Source: Tissierella sp. (GTDB lineage Bacteria; Bacillota; Clostridia; Tissierellales; Tissierellaceae). From it: a DNA stretch of 64,000 nucleotides. A program made the translations under genes and the position numbers. Positions 1 to 10,245 of the stretch are shown one piece after another. The stretch covers positions 24,456 to 88,455 of the forward strand of contig DAIUFH010000001.1 in the NCBI GenBank assembly GCA_036844705.1, in the 5' to 3' direction. The notes beneath the pieces are model-generated. The model was not told the origin of the DNA. It ran no database searches and was given only the letters and a program-made list of their open reading frames with translations. Numbering within the stretch: the first letter of the stretch is position 1; each line of letters opens with the position of its first letter.

Positions 1-1
1 A

Positions 2-1339
2 GAGGTCACTTTGGAGTTAATTAAACTTTATGAAAAACACAAAAGTGGGAATTATAATAAGGAGGTCTACTTAAAAGAGGCAGCTCAGATACAGGGTATA
101 TATGTACCTTGCTTTTATGATGTAAGTTATAATGATGATGGAACTATTAAAGAGATGTTTCCACTGGTAGATGATGTACCAAGGATAATAAATAAGAGAA
201 TGGTGAAGGATTTGGACACTATGTTTACACCTGAAAAGATGATCGTTCCATTTATTGATACTGTACATGATAGGATTACCATGGAAATATTTAGAGGATG
301 TACACATGGCTGTAGATTTTGTCAGGCTGGTATTATTTATAGACCAATAAGAGAAAAGTCTCACGATAGACTTATGGAAATTGCTGAAAAACTTGTAGAT
401 AGCACAGGATACGAAACTATATCCTTATCATCTTTAAGTTCATGTGATTATAGTTCACTTTTGCTATTAACCAAAAATCTTATAGAGAAATTTGAGGAAA
501 GAAAGGTTGGGGTATCTCTACCATCCTTAAGACTTGATTCATTTAGTATAGATGTATTGAAAGAAATTGAAAAGGTGAGAAAAAGTGGGCTTACTTTTGC
601 ACCGGAGGCTGGCAGTCAAAGATTGAGGGATGTTATCAATAAGGGAGTAAGCGAAGGAGATTTAATTAACGCTGTTTCATATGCATTTAAAGAAGGTTGG
701 TCAAGAATAAAATTGTACTTTATGATAGGTTTACCAACTGAAACTGATGAAGATGTACTAGGTATAAAGGAGTTATCATATTTAGTTAAGGATTTGTTTT
801 TCAATAGACCTAAGGAGGAAAGAATAGGCAACTTTAAGGTAACTGCCAGTGCATCCTGCTTTGTTCCAAAACCTTTTACTCCATTCCAATGGGTTGGTCA
901 AGATACTATTGATGAGTTTATGAGGAAAATTTATCTTGTAAAGGATAGTATAAGGGATAATAAAGTTAGTTTCAATTATCATGATGCAGATTTAAGCTAT
1001 TTAGAAGCAATATTTGCAAGAGGAGACAGAAGATTATCTAAAGTACTTATTAGAGCTTGGGAAAAAGGATGTAAATACGATGGATGGTCCGAGCATTTTA
1101 AATTTGAGTTTTGGCTGGAAGCTTTAGAAGAATCAAATATTGATGGAGCTTTTTATGCCAATAGATTTAGAGAAATAGACGAAGTATTGCCTTGGGACTT
1201 CATAAATCCTGGCGTTTCAAAAAGTTATTTAGCAAAAGAGTACAATAAATCTCTAAAAGGAGATACTACAAAAGATTGTAGACTTGGTTGTAGAGCCTGT
1301 GGAATTCAGGATTGTTCGATGTGGGGTGTTTTTAATTGA
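2..1339 (+). CDS. Radical SAM protein, 5'-truncated by the window edge (family usually paired with a DUF2344 protein)
   Basis: Frame is open to the window start. Cx3Cx2C cluster 'CTHGCRFCQAG'. Stop overlaps the start of the next ORF (TTGA at 1336-1339). Confidence 0.8.
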   Translation, partial: EVTLELIKLYEKHKSGNYNKEVYLKEAAQIQGIYVPCFYDVSYNDDGTIKEMFPLVDDVPRIINKRMVKDLDTMFTPEKMIVPFIDTVHDRITMEIFRGCTHGCRFCQAGIIYRPIREKSHDRLMEIAEKLVDSTGYETISLSSLSSCDYSSLLLLTKNLIEKFEERKVGVSLPSLRLDSFSIDVLKEIEKVRKSGLTFAPEAGSQRLRDVINKGVSEGDLINAVSYAFKEGWSRIKLYFMIGLPTETDEDVLGIKELSYLVKDLFFNRPKEERIGNFKVTASASCFVPKPFTPFQWVGQDTIDEFMRKIYLVKDSIRDNKVSFNYHDADLSYLEAIFARGDRRLSKVLIRAWEKGCKYDGWSEHFKFEFWLEALEESNIDGAFYANRFREIDEVLPWDFINPGVSKSYLAKEYNKSLKGDTTKDCRLGCRACGIQDCSMWGVFN

Positions 1340-2037
1340 AAATAAGAGGATTATTTACTAAGAAAAATTATTTAAGGTATATTTCTCATTTAGATTTAAT
1401 CAGATTGTTTCACAGAAGTTTTAATAGGAGTCAAATACCTATAAAATATTCTGAAGGGTTCAATCCACATCCAAAGTTTTCCATATCAAACCCACTTTCA
1501 TTGGGAATTGAAAGTGAAGGGGAGTATATAGATATTGAACTTATAAGAGATATTCCAATCGATGAGTTTATTACTAGAATGAATGAGACTTTACCGGAGG
1601 ATATTCAGATTATAAAAGCTATAGAAATAAATAATTCTGATTCAATTTCATCAATTATTGAATGGGCTTTCTATGAATTAAAATTTACACTGATTAATAA
1701 GGTTGATATTGATGATTTAAAAAAGGAGATCGAAGACTGGGTTGATAGAGATTCTATCATTATTACAAAATTGAAGAAAAAAGGAAAAAACAAAGTACCT
1801 AAAGAGGTGAATATAATACCCCTAATTGGAAATGTAGTAGTTAAGGGGAAAGATAAAAATGGATTCTTGGTAATAAATACACTTCTCAAAACAGGTGAAA
1901 ATGGGAACTTAAAACCTATGGAGTTCATTGAAGCTATGAATAGAGATTTGAGTTTAAGCCTAGATTTGGATTCGATTATGATTAAGAGATTGGCATTGTA
2001 TGCAGAAAAGGATGACACTCTATATAGTCCACTGTAA
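1336..2037 (+). CDS. Radical-SAM-linked protein (DUF2344 family)
   Basis: Translationally coupled to the upstream radical SAM gene. 'YISHLDLIRLFHRSFNRSQIPIKYSEGFNPHPK' is typical of the family. Confidence 0.7.
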   Translation: MKIRGLFTKKNYLRYISHLDLIRLFHRSFNRSQIPIKYSEGFNPHPKFSISNPLSLGIESEGEYIDIELIRDIPIDEFITRMNETLPEDIQIIKAIEINNSDSISSIIEWAFYELKFTLINKVDIDDLKKEIEDWVDRDSIIITKLKKKGKNKVPKEVNIIPLIGNVVVKGKDKNGFLVINTLLKTGENGNLKPMEFIEAMNRDLSLSLDLDSIMIKRLALYAEKDDTLYSPL

Positions 2038-2050
2038 TGGGGGAGTTATT

Positions 2051-3286
2051 ATGAATTATATATTTATCGACTCAGGTGAAACTTCAAACCGAGTTGGTAT
2101 TGTTGAAGATAATCGTCTAGTTGAATTTTATTCAGAAGATGTAAACAATGAATCTTTACTTGGAAATGTTTATAGAGCACGCGTAGTTAATGTGCTGCAA
2201 GGAATGGATGCAGCCTTTGTAGATATTGGAATTGGGAAAAATGCGTATCTACATCTTAAGGATGCGCTAAATCTGGAACGACTTTATACTAAGCAAAAGT
2301 ATGAGATAAATGATGTAATTAGGGCAGGAGACGATTTAATCGTACAAGTAATCAAAGAGCCCTTAGGTTCTAAAGGCCCCAAAGTTACTACTCATATAAG
2401 TATTCCAGGAAGATATATAGTATTGACTCCATTCTCAAATAAAGTAAATGTATCGAGGAAAATTAAATCTAAAGATGAAATAGAAAGATTAAAAATTATT
2501 GGAAATACAATTAAAATAGATGACATGGGTATAATCTTTAGAACTGTTTCTGAAGGGATAGAGGATCATTATTTAGAAGAAGAGTATGAAACACTTTGTG
2601 ATATATATAATAAAATTGAGGGAGAGAGAAATTTTCTACCTACTCCGAAGCTATTATACAAAGATATAAATATGGTTTATCAGATTGTAAGAGATAATTT
2701 TAATGAAAAGAATACAAAGATAATAATTAATAATCAGGAGATATATAACAACATTTTGTTATTGGATGATTACTTTTCCTGCAATTTAGAGGGGAATATA
2801 AATCTTGATTTGAGTTTTACCATTGAAGATGACATGAAAGTTCAAATGGATATAAAGGAAGCTCTTGAAAGGAAGGTAACTCTAAATAGTGGAGGATATA
2901 TAGTAATAGATGAAACAGAGGCACTAACAGCCATTGATGTAAATACAGGAAAATATATAGGTGCATATTCCCTAGGAGATACAGTTTTAAAAACCAATAT
3001 TGAAGCTGCAGAGGAGATAGCTCGGCAAATAAGGTTAAGAGACATAGGCGGTATTATTATAGTTGATTTTATTGATATGAAGGATCAAGCTCATATTAAC
3101 AAGGTTTTGTCTAAAATGGCTGAGAAATTTAAAAAGGATAGAAATAAACCTCATATAGTTGATGTTACAAAGCTATGCTTAGTAGAAGTAACTAGAAAAA
3201 AAACTAGACCAACACTGGATAACAAAATAACATTAATTTGTCCGACCTGCGGTGGAAAAGGCAGAATAAGAAATATAAAGTGTTGA
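2051..3286 (+). CDS. rng: Ribonuclease G/E family (Rne/Rng)
   Basis: N-terminal S1 domain 'GNVYRARVVNVLQGMDAAFVDIG' and catalytic core 'IDVNTGKY'. ATG at 2051 follows the GGGGGAG RBS. The track start at 2000 overlaps the upstream gene. Confidence 0.9.
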   Translation: MNYIFIDSGETSNRVGIVEDNRLVEFYSEDVNNESLLGNVYRARVVNVLQGMDAAFVDIGIGKNAYLHLKDALNLERLYTKQKYEINDVIRAGDDLIVQVIKEPLGSKGPKVTTHISIPGRYIVLTPFSNKVNVSRKIKSKDEIERLKIIGNTIKIDDMGIIFRTVSEGIEDHYLEEEYETLCDIYNKIEGERNFLPTPKLLYKDINMVYQIVRDNFNEKNTKIIINNQEIYNNILLLDDYFSCNLEGNINLDLSFTIEDDMKVQMDIKEALERKVTLNSGGYIVIDETEALTAIDVNTGKYIGAYSLGDTVLKTNIEAAEEIARQIRLRDIGGIIIVDFIDMKDQAHINKVLSKMAEKFKKDRNKPHIVDVTKLCLVEVTRKKTRPTLDNKITLICPTCGGKGRIRNIKC

Positions 3287-3311
3287 CAAGAACCTCTAAA
3301 TTTGTTAAACT
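3283..3311 (+). promoter_or_regulatory. Sigma-A type promoter for the rplU operon
   Basis: TTGACA (3283-3288), 17-nt spacer, TAAACT (3306-3311). Confidence 0.5.
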
Positions 3312-3393
3312 ATTTTGGTGTAGAGCCGCTCAATGTGGGTTTAAAGCATAGTCACCTGACATTGGCGAGACTAGGTTAGAGGAGGTGCGATTT
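3312..3393 (+). promoter_or_regulatory. Structured 5' leader of rplU (candidate ribosomal-protein L21 leader)
   Basis: About 80-nt leader that is more GC-rich than its surroundings. Long-range helix CTCAATGT (3329-3336) / ACATTGG (3359-3365). Position matches the L21 leader motif known in Firmicutes. Confidence 0.4.
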
Positions 3394-3705
3394 ATGTACG
3401 CAGTTATCGAAACAGGCGGAAAGCAATATAGAGTACAAGAAGGAGATGTAGTTTTCGTAGAAAAACTAGATGTCGCAGAAGGTGAAACTGTAAGCTTTGA
3501 TAAAGTTTTAGTTCTTTCAAATGAAGGAAATTTAAACGCTGGTAAACCTTATGTAGAAGGCGCTAAGGTTGAAGGTACTGTATTAGAACAAGGAAAAGCT
3601 AAGAAAATTATAGTGTTTAAATACAAGGCTAAAAAGAATGAAAGAAAAAAAAGAGGTCATCGTCAACCATTCACCAAAGTAAAAGTTGAAAAGATTTTAG
3701 GATAA
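3394..3705 (+). CDS. rplU: 50S ribosomal protein L21
   Basis: '[18 protein letters not shown]'. GGAGGTG RBS 6 nt upstream. Confidence 0.97.
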   Translation: MYAVIETGGKQYRVQEGDVVFVEKLDVAEGETVSFDKVLVLSNEGNLNAGKPYVEGAKVEGTVLEQGKAKKIIVFKYKAKKNERKKRGHRQPFTKVKVEKILG

Positions 3706-3707
3706 TC

Positions 3708-4067
3708 ATGATTAAAATTAAAATCTTTAAAGATGAAAATGGGTTGATTATTAGATTTAACATATTAGGGCATGCAGACTATAGTGTCCATGGGGAAGAT
3801 ATAGTTTGTGCGGCAGTTTCTATATTAGGACATACTGCTTTAAGAGCCTTAGTTGATGTATGTGAATTAGATGAAAATGAGATTTCATATAGAGTTGATG
3901 AAGAAACTGGTTATCTGGATGTTAGAATCCTGATTCAACCTGATGACATAAGAGTTAAAAATACACAAATAGTATTTAAAACTCTAATAACCGGTGTAAA
4001 TTCATTGGTAGAAAGTTACCCTAAATACGTAACTCTAGAAAATAGGGGAGGTGTAATAAATGCTTAA
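3708..4067 (+). CDS. prp: Ribosomal-processing cysteine protease Prp (YsxB family)
   Basis: Sits between rplU and rpmA. '[18 protein letters not shown]' contains the His/Cys dyad. Confidence 0.9.
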   Translation: MIKIKIFKDENGLIIRFNILGHADYSVHGEDIVCAAVSILGHTALRALVDVCELDENEISYRVDEETGYLDVRILIQPDDIRVKNTQIVFKTLITGVNSLVESYPKYVTLENRGGVINA

Positions 4068-4338
4068 ATTAAATTTACAATTATTTTCTTCTAAAAAGGG
4101 AGTAGGTAGTTCCAGAAATGGTAGAGATAGTGAATCTAAAAGATTAGGAGCTAAAAAAGGCGATGGTCAACATGTTTTGGCTGGAAACATATTAGTTAGA
4201 CAAAGAGGAACTAAGATACATCCAGGTAATAATGTGGGTAAAGGCGGAGACGATACTTTATTTGCAACTGTTGATGGCGTAGTTAAATATGAAAGAAAAG
4301 GCAGAGATAAAAAACAAGTTAGTGTATATCCTGCATAG
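4060..4338 (+). CDS. rpmA: 50S ribosomal protein L27 with cleavable N-terminal extension
   Basis: '[24 protein letters not shown]' shows the Firmicute pro-peptide. Confidence 0.97.
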   Translation: MLKLNLQLFSSKKGVGSSRNGRDSESKRLGAKKGDGQHVLAGNILVRQRGTKIHPGNNVGKGGDDTLFATVDGVVKYERKGRDKKQVSVYPA

Positions 4339-4356
4339 GAATTTATGTAGATTGAC

Positions 4357-4388
4357 AAAGCTTACCATGGGTAAGCTTTAATTTTTTT
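4357..4388 (+). terminator. Rho-independent terminator after rpmA
   Basis: AAAGCTTAC-CATGG-GTAAGCTTT hairpin followed by a T-run. Confidence 0.8.
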
Positions 4389-4441
4389 GCTTAAGTTATT
4401 AATAGATGGATAATATAATTATAGGCAGCTAACGTTAATAA

Positions 4442-4469
4442 TTGACAATATTTCATATGTAGGTATAAT
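4442..4469 (+). promoter_or_regulatory. Sigma-A type promoter for obg
   Basis: TTGACA (4442-4447), 16-nt spacer, TATAAT (4464-4469). Confidence 0.55.
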
Positions 4470-4510
4470 AAAAATTAGAAATTGTTACTAGAAAAATAAG
4501 GGTGATGAAC

Positions 4511-5782
4511 ATGTTTATAGATGTAGCACATATTTTTGTAAAGGCAGGTAAGGGTGGAGATGGATTAGTATCTTGGAGAAGAGAAAAATATGAACCATCT
4601 GGTGGACCCTATGGTGGAGATGGAGGCAATGGAGGTTCAATAATAGTGAAAGCTGATGAAGGCATACGAACATTGATGGACTTTCGCTATAAAAGGTCTT
4701 ACCAAGCAGAAAATGGAGAGAATGGAAGAACTAAAAATCAATACGGCAAAAGTGGCAATGATTTAACTTTAAAGGTTCCAGTAGGGACTCTTATTAAGGA
4801 TGAGAATACGGGTAAGGTAATTGTAGACTTAAAAGAAAAGGATCAGTCTTTTGTTATTTCAAAAGGAGGTAAAGGTGGAAGAGGCAATGCCAAATTTGCT
4901 ACTGCTACAAGACAGGCACCTGGATTTGCAGAAGCCGGAACCAAGGGTCAGGAAAGACATATCATACTAGAGCTTAAGCTATTGGCAGATGTAGGGTTAA
5001 TTGGATTTCCAAATGTCGGTAAATCAACAATTCTTTCAATATTATCTGCTGCAAAGCCCAAAATTGCAAATTATCATTTTACAACATTAAAACCTAATCT
5101 TGGCGTTGTAAGGGTCTCGGAAGAAAAAAGCTTTGTTATAGCTGATATCCCTGGACTTATTGAAGGTGCATCATCAGGAGCGGGGCTGGGTCATGATTTT
5201 CTAAAGCATATAGAAAGAACCAGAGTACTTGTTCATGTATTAGATGCTTCAGGTATTGAGGGACGAGATCCTATAGAGGATTTTTATAAGATTAATGAAG
5301 AGCTATTTCAATATAATGAAAAATTAAGAAACAAAATACAAATAATTGTAGCAAATAAAATGGATATGCCAGGAGGAATTGAAGGCATCGAGGCCATTAA
5401 AAATAAATTTCAACCCCTAGGTATACCTATATTTCCATTGTCTGCTGTAACTACAGAAGGTATAGCCGAATTAAAATATGGGATATGGAATTTGTTAATG
5501 AATACCGAGGATGATTATGAAACCTTTGATGAAGAATATGACGAATTTGATATAAAGGAAGAAGATACAATAATCGTTAAATTTGAAGAAGGAAAGTATA
5601 AAGTCGAAGGCACATTTATTGAGAGATTATTGTATTCAACATATTTTGATGATGTTGATTCCCTAAGATTCTTTCAGGATACATTAAGAAAAAAAGGTGT
5701 CGTAGATGAACTTAAGAACCTTGGCATAAACGAGGGCGAATCAGTATATATTTGTGATAATGAATTTGAGTTTTTTGAATGA
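4511..5782 (+). CDS. obg: GTPase Obg/CgtA
   Basis: 'MFIDVAHIFVKAGKGGDG', glycine-rich Obg fold, G1 motif 'GFPNVGKST'. Confidence 0.97.
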   Translation: MFIDVAHIFVKAGKGGDGLVSWRREKYEPSGGPYGGDGGNGGSIIVKADEGIRTLMDFRYKRSYQAENGENGRTKNQYGKSGNDLTLKVPVGTLIKDENTGKVIVDLKEKDQSFVISKGGKGGRGNAKFATATRQAPGFAEAGTKGQERHIILELKLLADVGLIGFPNVGKSTILSILSAAKPKIANYHFTTLKPNLGVVRVSEEKSFVIADIPGLIEGASSGAGLGHDFLKHIERTRVLVHVLDASGIEGRDPIEDFYKINEELFQYNEKLRNKIQIIVANKMDMPGGIEGIEAIKNKFQPLGIPIFPLSAVTTEGIAELKYGIWNLLMNTEDDYETFDEEYDEFDIKEEDTIIVKFEEGKYKVEGTFIERLLYSTYFDDVDSLRFFQDTLRKKGVVDELKNLGINEGESVYICDNEFEFFE

Positions 5783-5807
5783 TTAAGTGTAATGAGAGGT
5801 GAATATA

Positions 5808-6098
5808 TTGATAACAGGCAAACAAAGAAGCTATTTAAAGAGTATTGCGAATAACATAGATCCAATATTCCAATTAGGGAAAAATGGATTAACTGAGAAT
5901 TTTGTTAAACAGGTTGATGGTGCATTGGAAGCTAGAGAAATAGTTAAAGTAAATGTATTAAAGAATTGTGCTTTAGACCCTAAGGATGTGGCAAGTGGGC
6001 TAGCAGATGAGTTATCAGCTGAATTTGTACAAAGCATTGGGCGAAAGTTTGTAATTTATAGAGAATCCGTTGAAAACAAGAAGATTGAATTACCATAG
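5808..6098 (+). CDS. yhbY: RNA-binding protein YhbY (CRM domain)
   Basis: 'TGKQRSYLKSIANNIDPIFQLGKNGL'. TTG at 5808 lies behind GAGAGGTGA. The track start at 5799 (GTG) is an alternative. Confidence 0.8.
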   Translation: MITGKQRSYLKSIANNIDPIFQLGKNGLTENFVKQVDGALEAREIVKVNVLKNCALDPKDVASGLADELSAEFVQSIGRKFVIYRESVENKKIELP

Positions 6099-6151
6099 CA
6101 TTTAAACTTCAGAAAATGATCCTGAAGCTTAAATTTAGGAGGAGTATGCCT

Positions 6152-6760
6152 ATGAAAATTGGTCTAATGGGTGGTACATTTAACCCGATTCATTTAGGTC
6201 ACTTATTAATTAGCGAGTATATAAGAACTAACTTTCCCTTAGATAAGATAATATTTATTCCATCAGGAAATCCTCCACATAAGGAATATGATGATATTGT
6301 TTCTTCACAACATAGATTGAATATGGTTGTATTGGCTACTCAAGAGAATCCATATTTTGAAGTTTCTAAGAATGAAATAGAACGGCAGGGAAAGAGCTAT
6401 ACCGTAGATACTTTGATGGAATTTAAAGATATTTATCCAAATGATGAGTTATATTTTATAATTGGAGAAGATTCACTTTACAATTTAAGAAATTGGAAAG
6501 ATCCAGAGAAACTATTTTGTATTATAAATTTTATTGTAATTGGTCGAAATAATTTAGAGGATAAGAATATGTTAACAAAAATATCAGAATTGAATGTTAA
6601 ATATGGAGCTACTATTCACTATATTGATGGGCCAATTATTCAAATATCTTCAACTGACATCAGAAATAATATTAAAAATTTCCAATCAATAAAATATCTA
6701 GTACCTGAAACAGTAGAAAAATATATTATAGATAATAAACTATATTTGCCGGAGGCATAA
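6152..6760 (+). CDS. nadD: Nicotinate-nucleotide adenylyltransferase
   Basis: 'MKIGLMGGTFNPIHLGHL'. AGGAGG lies 9 nt upstream of the ATG at 6152. Confidence 0.93.
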   Translation: MKIGLMGGTFNPIHLGHLLISEYIRTNFPLDKIIFIPSGNPPHKEYDDIVSSQHRLNMVVLATQENPYFEVSKNEIERQGKSYTVDTLMEFKDIYPNDELYFIIGEDSLYNLRNWKDPEKLFCIINFIVIGRNNLEDKNMLTKISELNVKYGATIHYIDGPIIQISSTDIRNNIKNFQSIKYLVPETVEKYIIDNKLYLPEA

Positions 6761-7324
6761 ATGTTTGATAATATTAAAGAAGAGCTAATTAAAAATATTG
6801 GACTAAAAAGATACAATCATTCTTTGGGAGTAATGAATGTGGCAACTAAACTTGCAGTAAAATATGACTGTGATGTGGAAAAGGCTAAAACAGCTGGTGT
6901 TTTGCATGATTGTGCTAAATTTAGAGATAAATCTCAGCTGTTTGATGCAGCAAAGCATTTTAACTTAAAGATAGATAGAATAATGCAGAAAAATACTGAG
7001 CTAATCCATGGTCCTTTAGGTGCTAAAATAGCTAATGCTTGTTATGGTATAGATGATTTGGAGGTTTTAGATGCTATAAAATATCATACCATCGGGAGAG
7101 AAAATATGTCCATGTTGGACAAGATAATTTACATAGCTGATTATATAGAGCCAGGCAGAAGCTTTCCGGGAGTAGAGGAAATACGAGAAATTGTATTTTT
7201 GGATTTAGATGATGCCATAAAAAAAGCTATGGATAACACTATCCTGTTCTTAATCAAAGACAACAAACTCATTCATCCAGATACAATAAATGCTAGAAAT
7301 TATATGCTATACAATGAGGAGTAA
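6761..7324 (+). CDS. yqeK: HD-domain bis(5'-nucleosyl)-tetraphosphatase YqeK
   Basis: 'RYNHSLGV...GVLHDCAK' HD motif. Conserved nadD-yqeK-rsfS order. Confidence 0.88.
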   Translation: MFDNIKEELIKNIGLKRYNHSLGVMNVATKLAVKYDCDVEKAKTAGVLHDCAKFRDKSQLFDAAKHFNLKIDRIMQKNTELIHGPLGAKIANACYGIDDLEVLDAIKYHTIGRENMSMLDKIIYIADYIEPGRSFPGVEEIREIVFLDLDDAIKKAMDNTILFLIKDNKLIHPDTINARNYMLYNEE

Positions 7325-7371
7325 GTTAAGTAAATATATAAAAAATATTATGATGGGAGGTGTTTATTTTA

Positions 7372-7722
7372 ATGACAGATTTAGAAAATAAATTGGCTAT
7401 AATTCAAAATGCAATCGAGGATAAAAAAGGTTTTGATATACAAGTGTTAAATATATCAAACATGACAACAATTGCAGATTATTTTGTTATTGCTAGTGGA
7501 AATTCATCTACACAGGTGGCCTCAATCGCTGATGAGGTTGAAAACAAAATGTCAGAGGCTGGTTTTGATAAGATAGCAAATAAAGAAGGCTATAATAGTG
7601 CTAGATGGGTTCTTTTAGATTATAATGATATAATAGTTCATATATTCCATAAAGATGAGAGAGAATTCTATAATCTTGAAAGATTATGGTCTCAATATAG
7701 TAGAGAAAATAAGGAGGAATAA
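7372..7722 (+). CDS. rsfS: Ribosome silencing factor RsfS
   Basis: 'ADYFVIASGNSSTQV...WVLLDYNDIIVHIF'. Confidence 0.92.
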   Translation: MTDLENKLAIIQNAIEDKKGFDIQVLNISNMTTIADYFVIASGNSSTQVASIADEVENKMSEAGFDKIANKEGYNSARWVLLDYNDIIVHIFHKDEREFYNLERLWSQYSRENKEE

Positions 7723-7724
7723 TT

Positions 7725-8105
7725 ATGAAATTGAATTCAATTTCAACAGAAAAGGCACCAGCAGCTATTGGCCCTTATTCACAAGGAGTATCTACAGGTA
7801 ATTTAATATTTACTTCAGGGCAATTGCCTATAGTACCTGAGACAGGGGAATTAATTACTGGAGATATTCAAAAGGCTACAAGACAAAGTTTGGATAATGT
7901 AAAGGCTATTTTAGAGGATGAAGGAGCTACACTTCAAGATGTTATAAAGGTTACGGTATTTGTTGCTGATATGAGCAAATTTTCTTTAATTAATGAAGTA
8001 TATGCTGAATATTTTTCTAATCATAAGCCTGCGAGAAGTTTAGTTGAGGTATCAAAACTTCCTAAGAATGGCGATATAGAAATAGAAGCTATAGCAATAA
8101 AATAA
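7725..8105 (+). CDS. ridA: RidA/YjgF family reactive-intermediate deaminase
   Basis: 'APAAIGPYSQGV...PARSLVEVSKLPKNGDIEIEAIA'. Confidence 0.92.
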   Translation: MKLNSISTEKAPAAIGPYSQGVSTGNLIFTSGQLPIVPETGELITGDIQKATRQSLDNVKAILEDEGATLQDVIKVTVFVADMSKFSLINEVYAEYFSNHKPARSLVEVSKLPKNGDIEIEAIAIK

Positions 8106-8129
8106 CCTGGTCTATGACCAGGTTATTTT
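8104..8129. terminator. Bidirectional terminator between convergent genes
   Basis: AACCTGGTC-TAT-GACCAGGTT hairpin with a T-run on the plus strand. Confidence 0.75.
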
Positions 8130-8155
8130 ATTTAGCTAACATAGCTGAGTATTGA

Positions 8156-9442
8156 TTAATTTATATAAGGCATTCTATAACTATGTCTTCTAGACCTTCT
8201 CTTTCTCCTGCTTTGGAGTACTACTATTCTGAATACTATAAGAAGTGCAAAGACGAATAGATACCATCTACTCAAGATTTTATGAGAAAGTGTAGTAGCA
8301 GGGTCTAGTCCAACATCCATTGTTGATATAATATTTGCTTTTCCTATCATTTTTCCATTAAGATAATATTCCTTTGTACCCAATATGTCATCTTTACTAA
8401 TAGGAGCTGCAAGGTTTTCTCTTAAACTAGTCTTTTCTTCAATCTTACCCATATTATCAGAAGACAAAGGATAAACAAAATCATTGTCTAGAATACCAGC
8501 AACGAATTTTTGAATACCATTTTCTACCTTTATATTATCTACAAATTCATTTTTATAACCAATTGTTGCATTTGAAAAATTGTTAAATCCATAATCCATT
8601 AGTTTATGAGTATCTGAATATACATTGTTTCCATTTGCCTTTAATACTACAGATATTAACCTTTGATTATCCTTTTCAACAAAAGAAACCAGGCAGTTTT
8701 GAGCATGACTTGTTGTTCCTGTTTTTATTCCAGAGGCACCTTCATATTTGACTGGTAGCTGTTTACCATCTACATTGATGGTGTCATTGCTAAATAACAA
8801 TTTATTCGTATTCCTTAAGTATCTGGCTTCTGCTTTAACATTAGTTGGTTCAATAGTATAGGTAACGGTATTGACAAATTTTCTAAATACCTCATTTTGC
8901 ATTGCGTATTGAGAAATAAGAGCTAAATCATGTGCTGTAGTCTTGTGCTCTTCCTCATGAAGACCATTAGGATTCACAAAGTTTGTATTTTTTGCGCCAA
9001 GCTCTTTTGCTTTTTCATTCATTAACTTCACAAATGCTTCATGTGAGCCTGAAATATGTTTAGCTATAACATATGCCGAATCATTTGCTGATTGTACTAA
9101 CAATGCATATAATAGTTGTTCCAGAGTTAGTTTTTCACCTGGTTCAAGGGCAATATGGCTGCCTTCAGTCAAATTAACTGATTCCTGATCTACAGTGACC
9201 ACATCACTCAAATTACCATTTTCGATAGCTAATATTGCTGTCATAATCTTTGTTGTACTTGCAGGATAAAGCTGCATATCCATATTCTTTTCATATAATA
9301 TCTCTTTAGTATCGAAATCCATGAGAATGGAAGCCTGCCCATCTAAAGACAAATCATCTGCAAAAGCAAAAGTATATGTATTGAGAATTATAGCAATAAT
9401 TACAAAGGTAATAACCTTTCTTAGAGTAACAACTTTCCTCAA
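8156..9442 (-). CDS. Serine-type D-Ala-D-Ala carboxypeptidase (PBP5/S11 family)
   Basis: SxxK 'ASTTKIMT', SxN 'SANDS', KTG 'KTGTT', C-terminal TM anchor. TTG start at 9442 lies behind AAGGTGGTGG. Confidence 0.9.
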   Translation of the reverse strand: MRKVVTLRKVITFVIIAIILNTYTFAFADDLSLDGQASILMDFDTKEILYEKNMDMQLYPASTTKIMTAILAIENGNLSDVVTVDQESVNLTEGSHIALEPGEKLTLEQLLYALLVQSANDSAYVIAKHISGSHEAFVKLMNEKAKELGAKNTNFVNPNGLHEEEHKTTAHDLALISQYAMQNEVFRKFVNTVTYTIEPTNVKAEARYLRNTNKLLFSNDTINVDGKQLPVKYEGASGIKTGTTSHAQNCLVSFVEKDNQRLISVVLKANGNNVYSDTHKLMDYGFNNFSNATIGYKNEFVDNIKVENGIQKFVAGILDNDFVYPLSSDNMGKIEEKTSLRENLAAPISKDDILGTKEYYLNGKMIGKANIISTMDVGLDPATTLSHKILSRWYLFVFALLIVFRIVVLQSRRKRRSRRHSYRMPYIN

Positions 9443-9587
9443 ATATACCACCACCTTATATATAATAATAAATAGATTATATCAGAAAATGTTAGATTTT
9501 TTAAGTACTATAAATTATTTTACAAAAAAAGAGGAAATTCTCCAAATTTATCGAATTAATAAGTATAATAGATTTAGGAGGCTTTCT

Positions 9588-10232
9588 ATGATTTCCTTTT
9601 CAAAGAAAGAGCAAATTATTATATTGTTAAGTGTTGTTTTGATTGTTGCAGGTTTAGGATATAAATTGCTAATGAAGGACAATAATAACTTGGAGAATGA
9701 TATAAGCTCTACGGACGAATTAGCGTTTGAGCCTGCATCAGATGATATAGATAATATGGAAGGTATAGAAGATGGTGCCTTGGAAAATTCTCTTATAATG
9801 GTTCATGTAAGTGGACAGGTTTATACTCCGGGCATTATAGAGCTCGTGCGTGGTGATAGGGTCATAGATGCTGTAAATATGGCAGGTGGCCTCACAGATG
9901 ATGCTGATTTAGACCGTATAAATCTTGCTAAAAAGGTTGAAGATGAGGAAAAAATATATATTCCTAAAAAAGGTGAGGAATTAAATGATGCTCAGGTAGA
10001 TGATTTGGGATATAATAGTACTGATTCAGAAAGCAATAATGAAAAAATAAATATAAATAAATGCTCGAAGGAGGAACTTGAATCATTACCTGGGATTGGA
10101 AATGTTATTGCAAGTAGAATAATTGAATATAGAAGTGCAAATCTCTTTAAGACCATAGATGATTTAAGAAATGTATCTGGTATAGGAGATAAAAAATTTG
10201 AAGGGATTAAAGAGCTAATTACAGTAAAATAA
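9588..10232 (+). CDS. comEA: Competence protein ComEA (SLBB + helix-hairpin-helix DNA receptor)
   Basis: ATG at 9588 behind AGGAGG. N-terminal TM. 'INKCSKEELESLPGIGNVIASRIIEYR'. The track ORF start at 9321 is an antisense-overlap artefact. Confidence 0.88.
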   Translation: MISFSKKEQIIILLSVVLIVAGLGYKLLMKDNNNLENDISSTDELAFEPASDDIDNMEGIEDGALENSLIMVHVSGQVYTPGIIELVRGDRVIDAVNMAGGLTDDADLDRINLAKKVEDEEKIYIPKKGEELNDAQVDDLGYNSTDSESNNEKININKCSKEELESLPGIGNVIASRIIEYRSANLFKTIDDLRNVSGIGDKKFEGIKELITVK

Positions 10233-10245
10233 TGGAGGTGTTAAT

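Noticed and set aside
2000-2050. Track start of rng at 2000
   Set aside because: It overlaps the upstream gene by 38 nt and lacks an RBS. ATG at 2051 follows GGGGGAG and gives the usual RNase G N-terminus.
9321-9587. Long N-terminal extension of the comEA ORF
   Set aside because: It is antisense to the 5' end of the carboxypeptidase gene and its promoter region. The true start at 9588 has an AGGAGG RBS and yields the expected N-terminal TM of ComEA.
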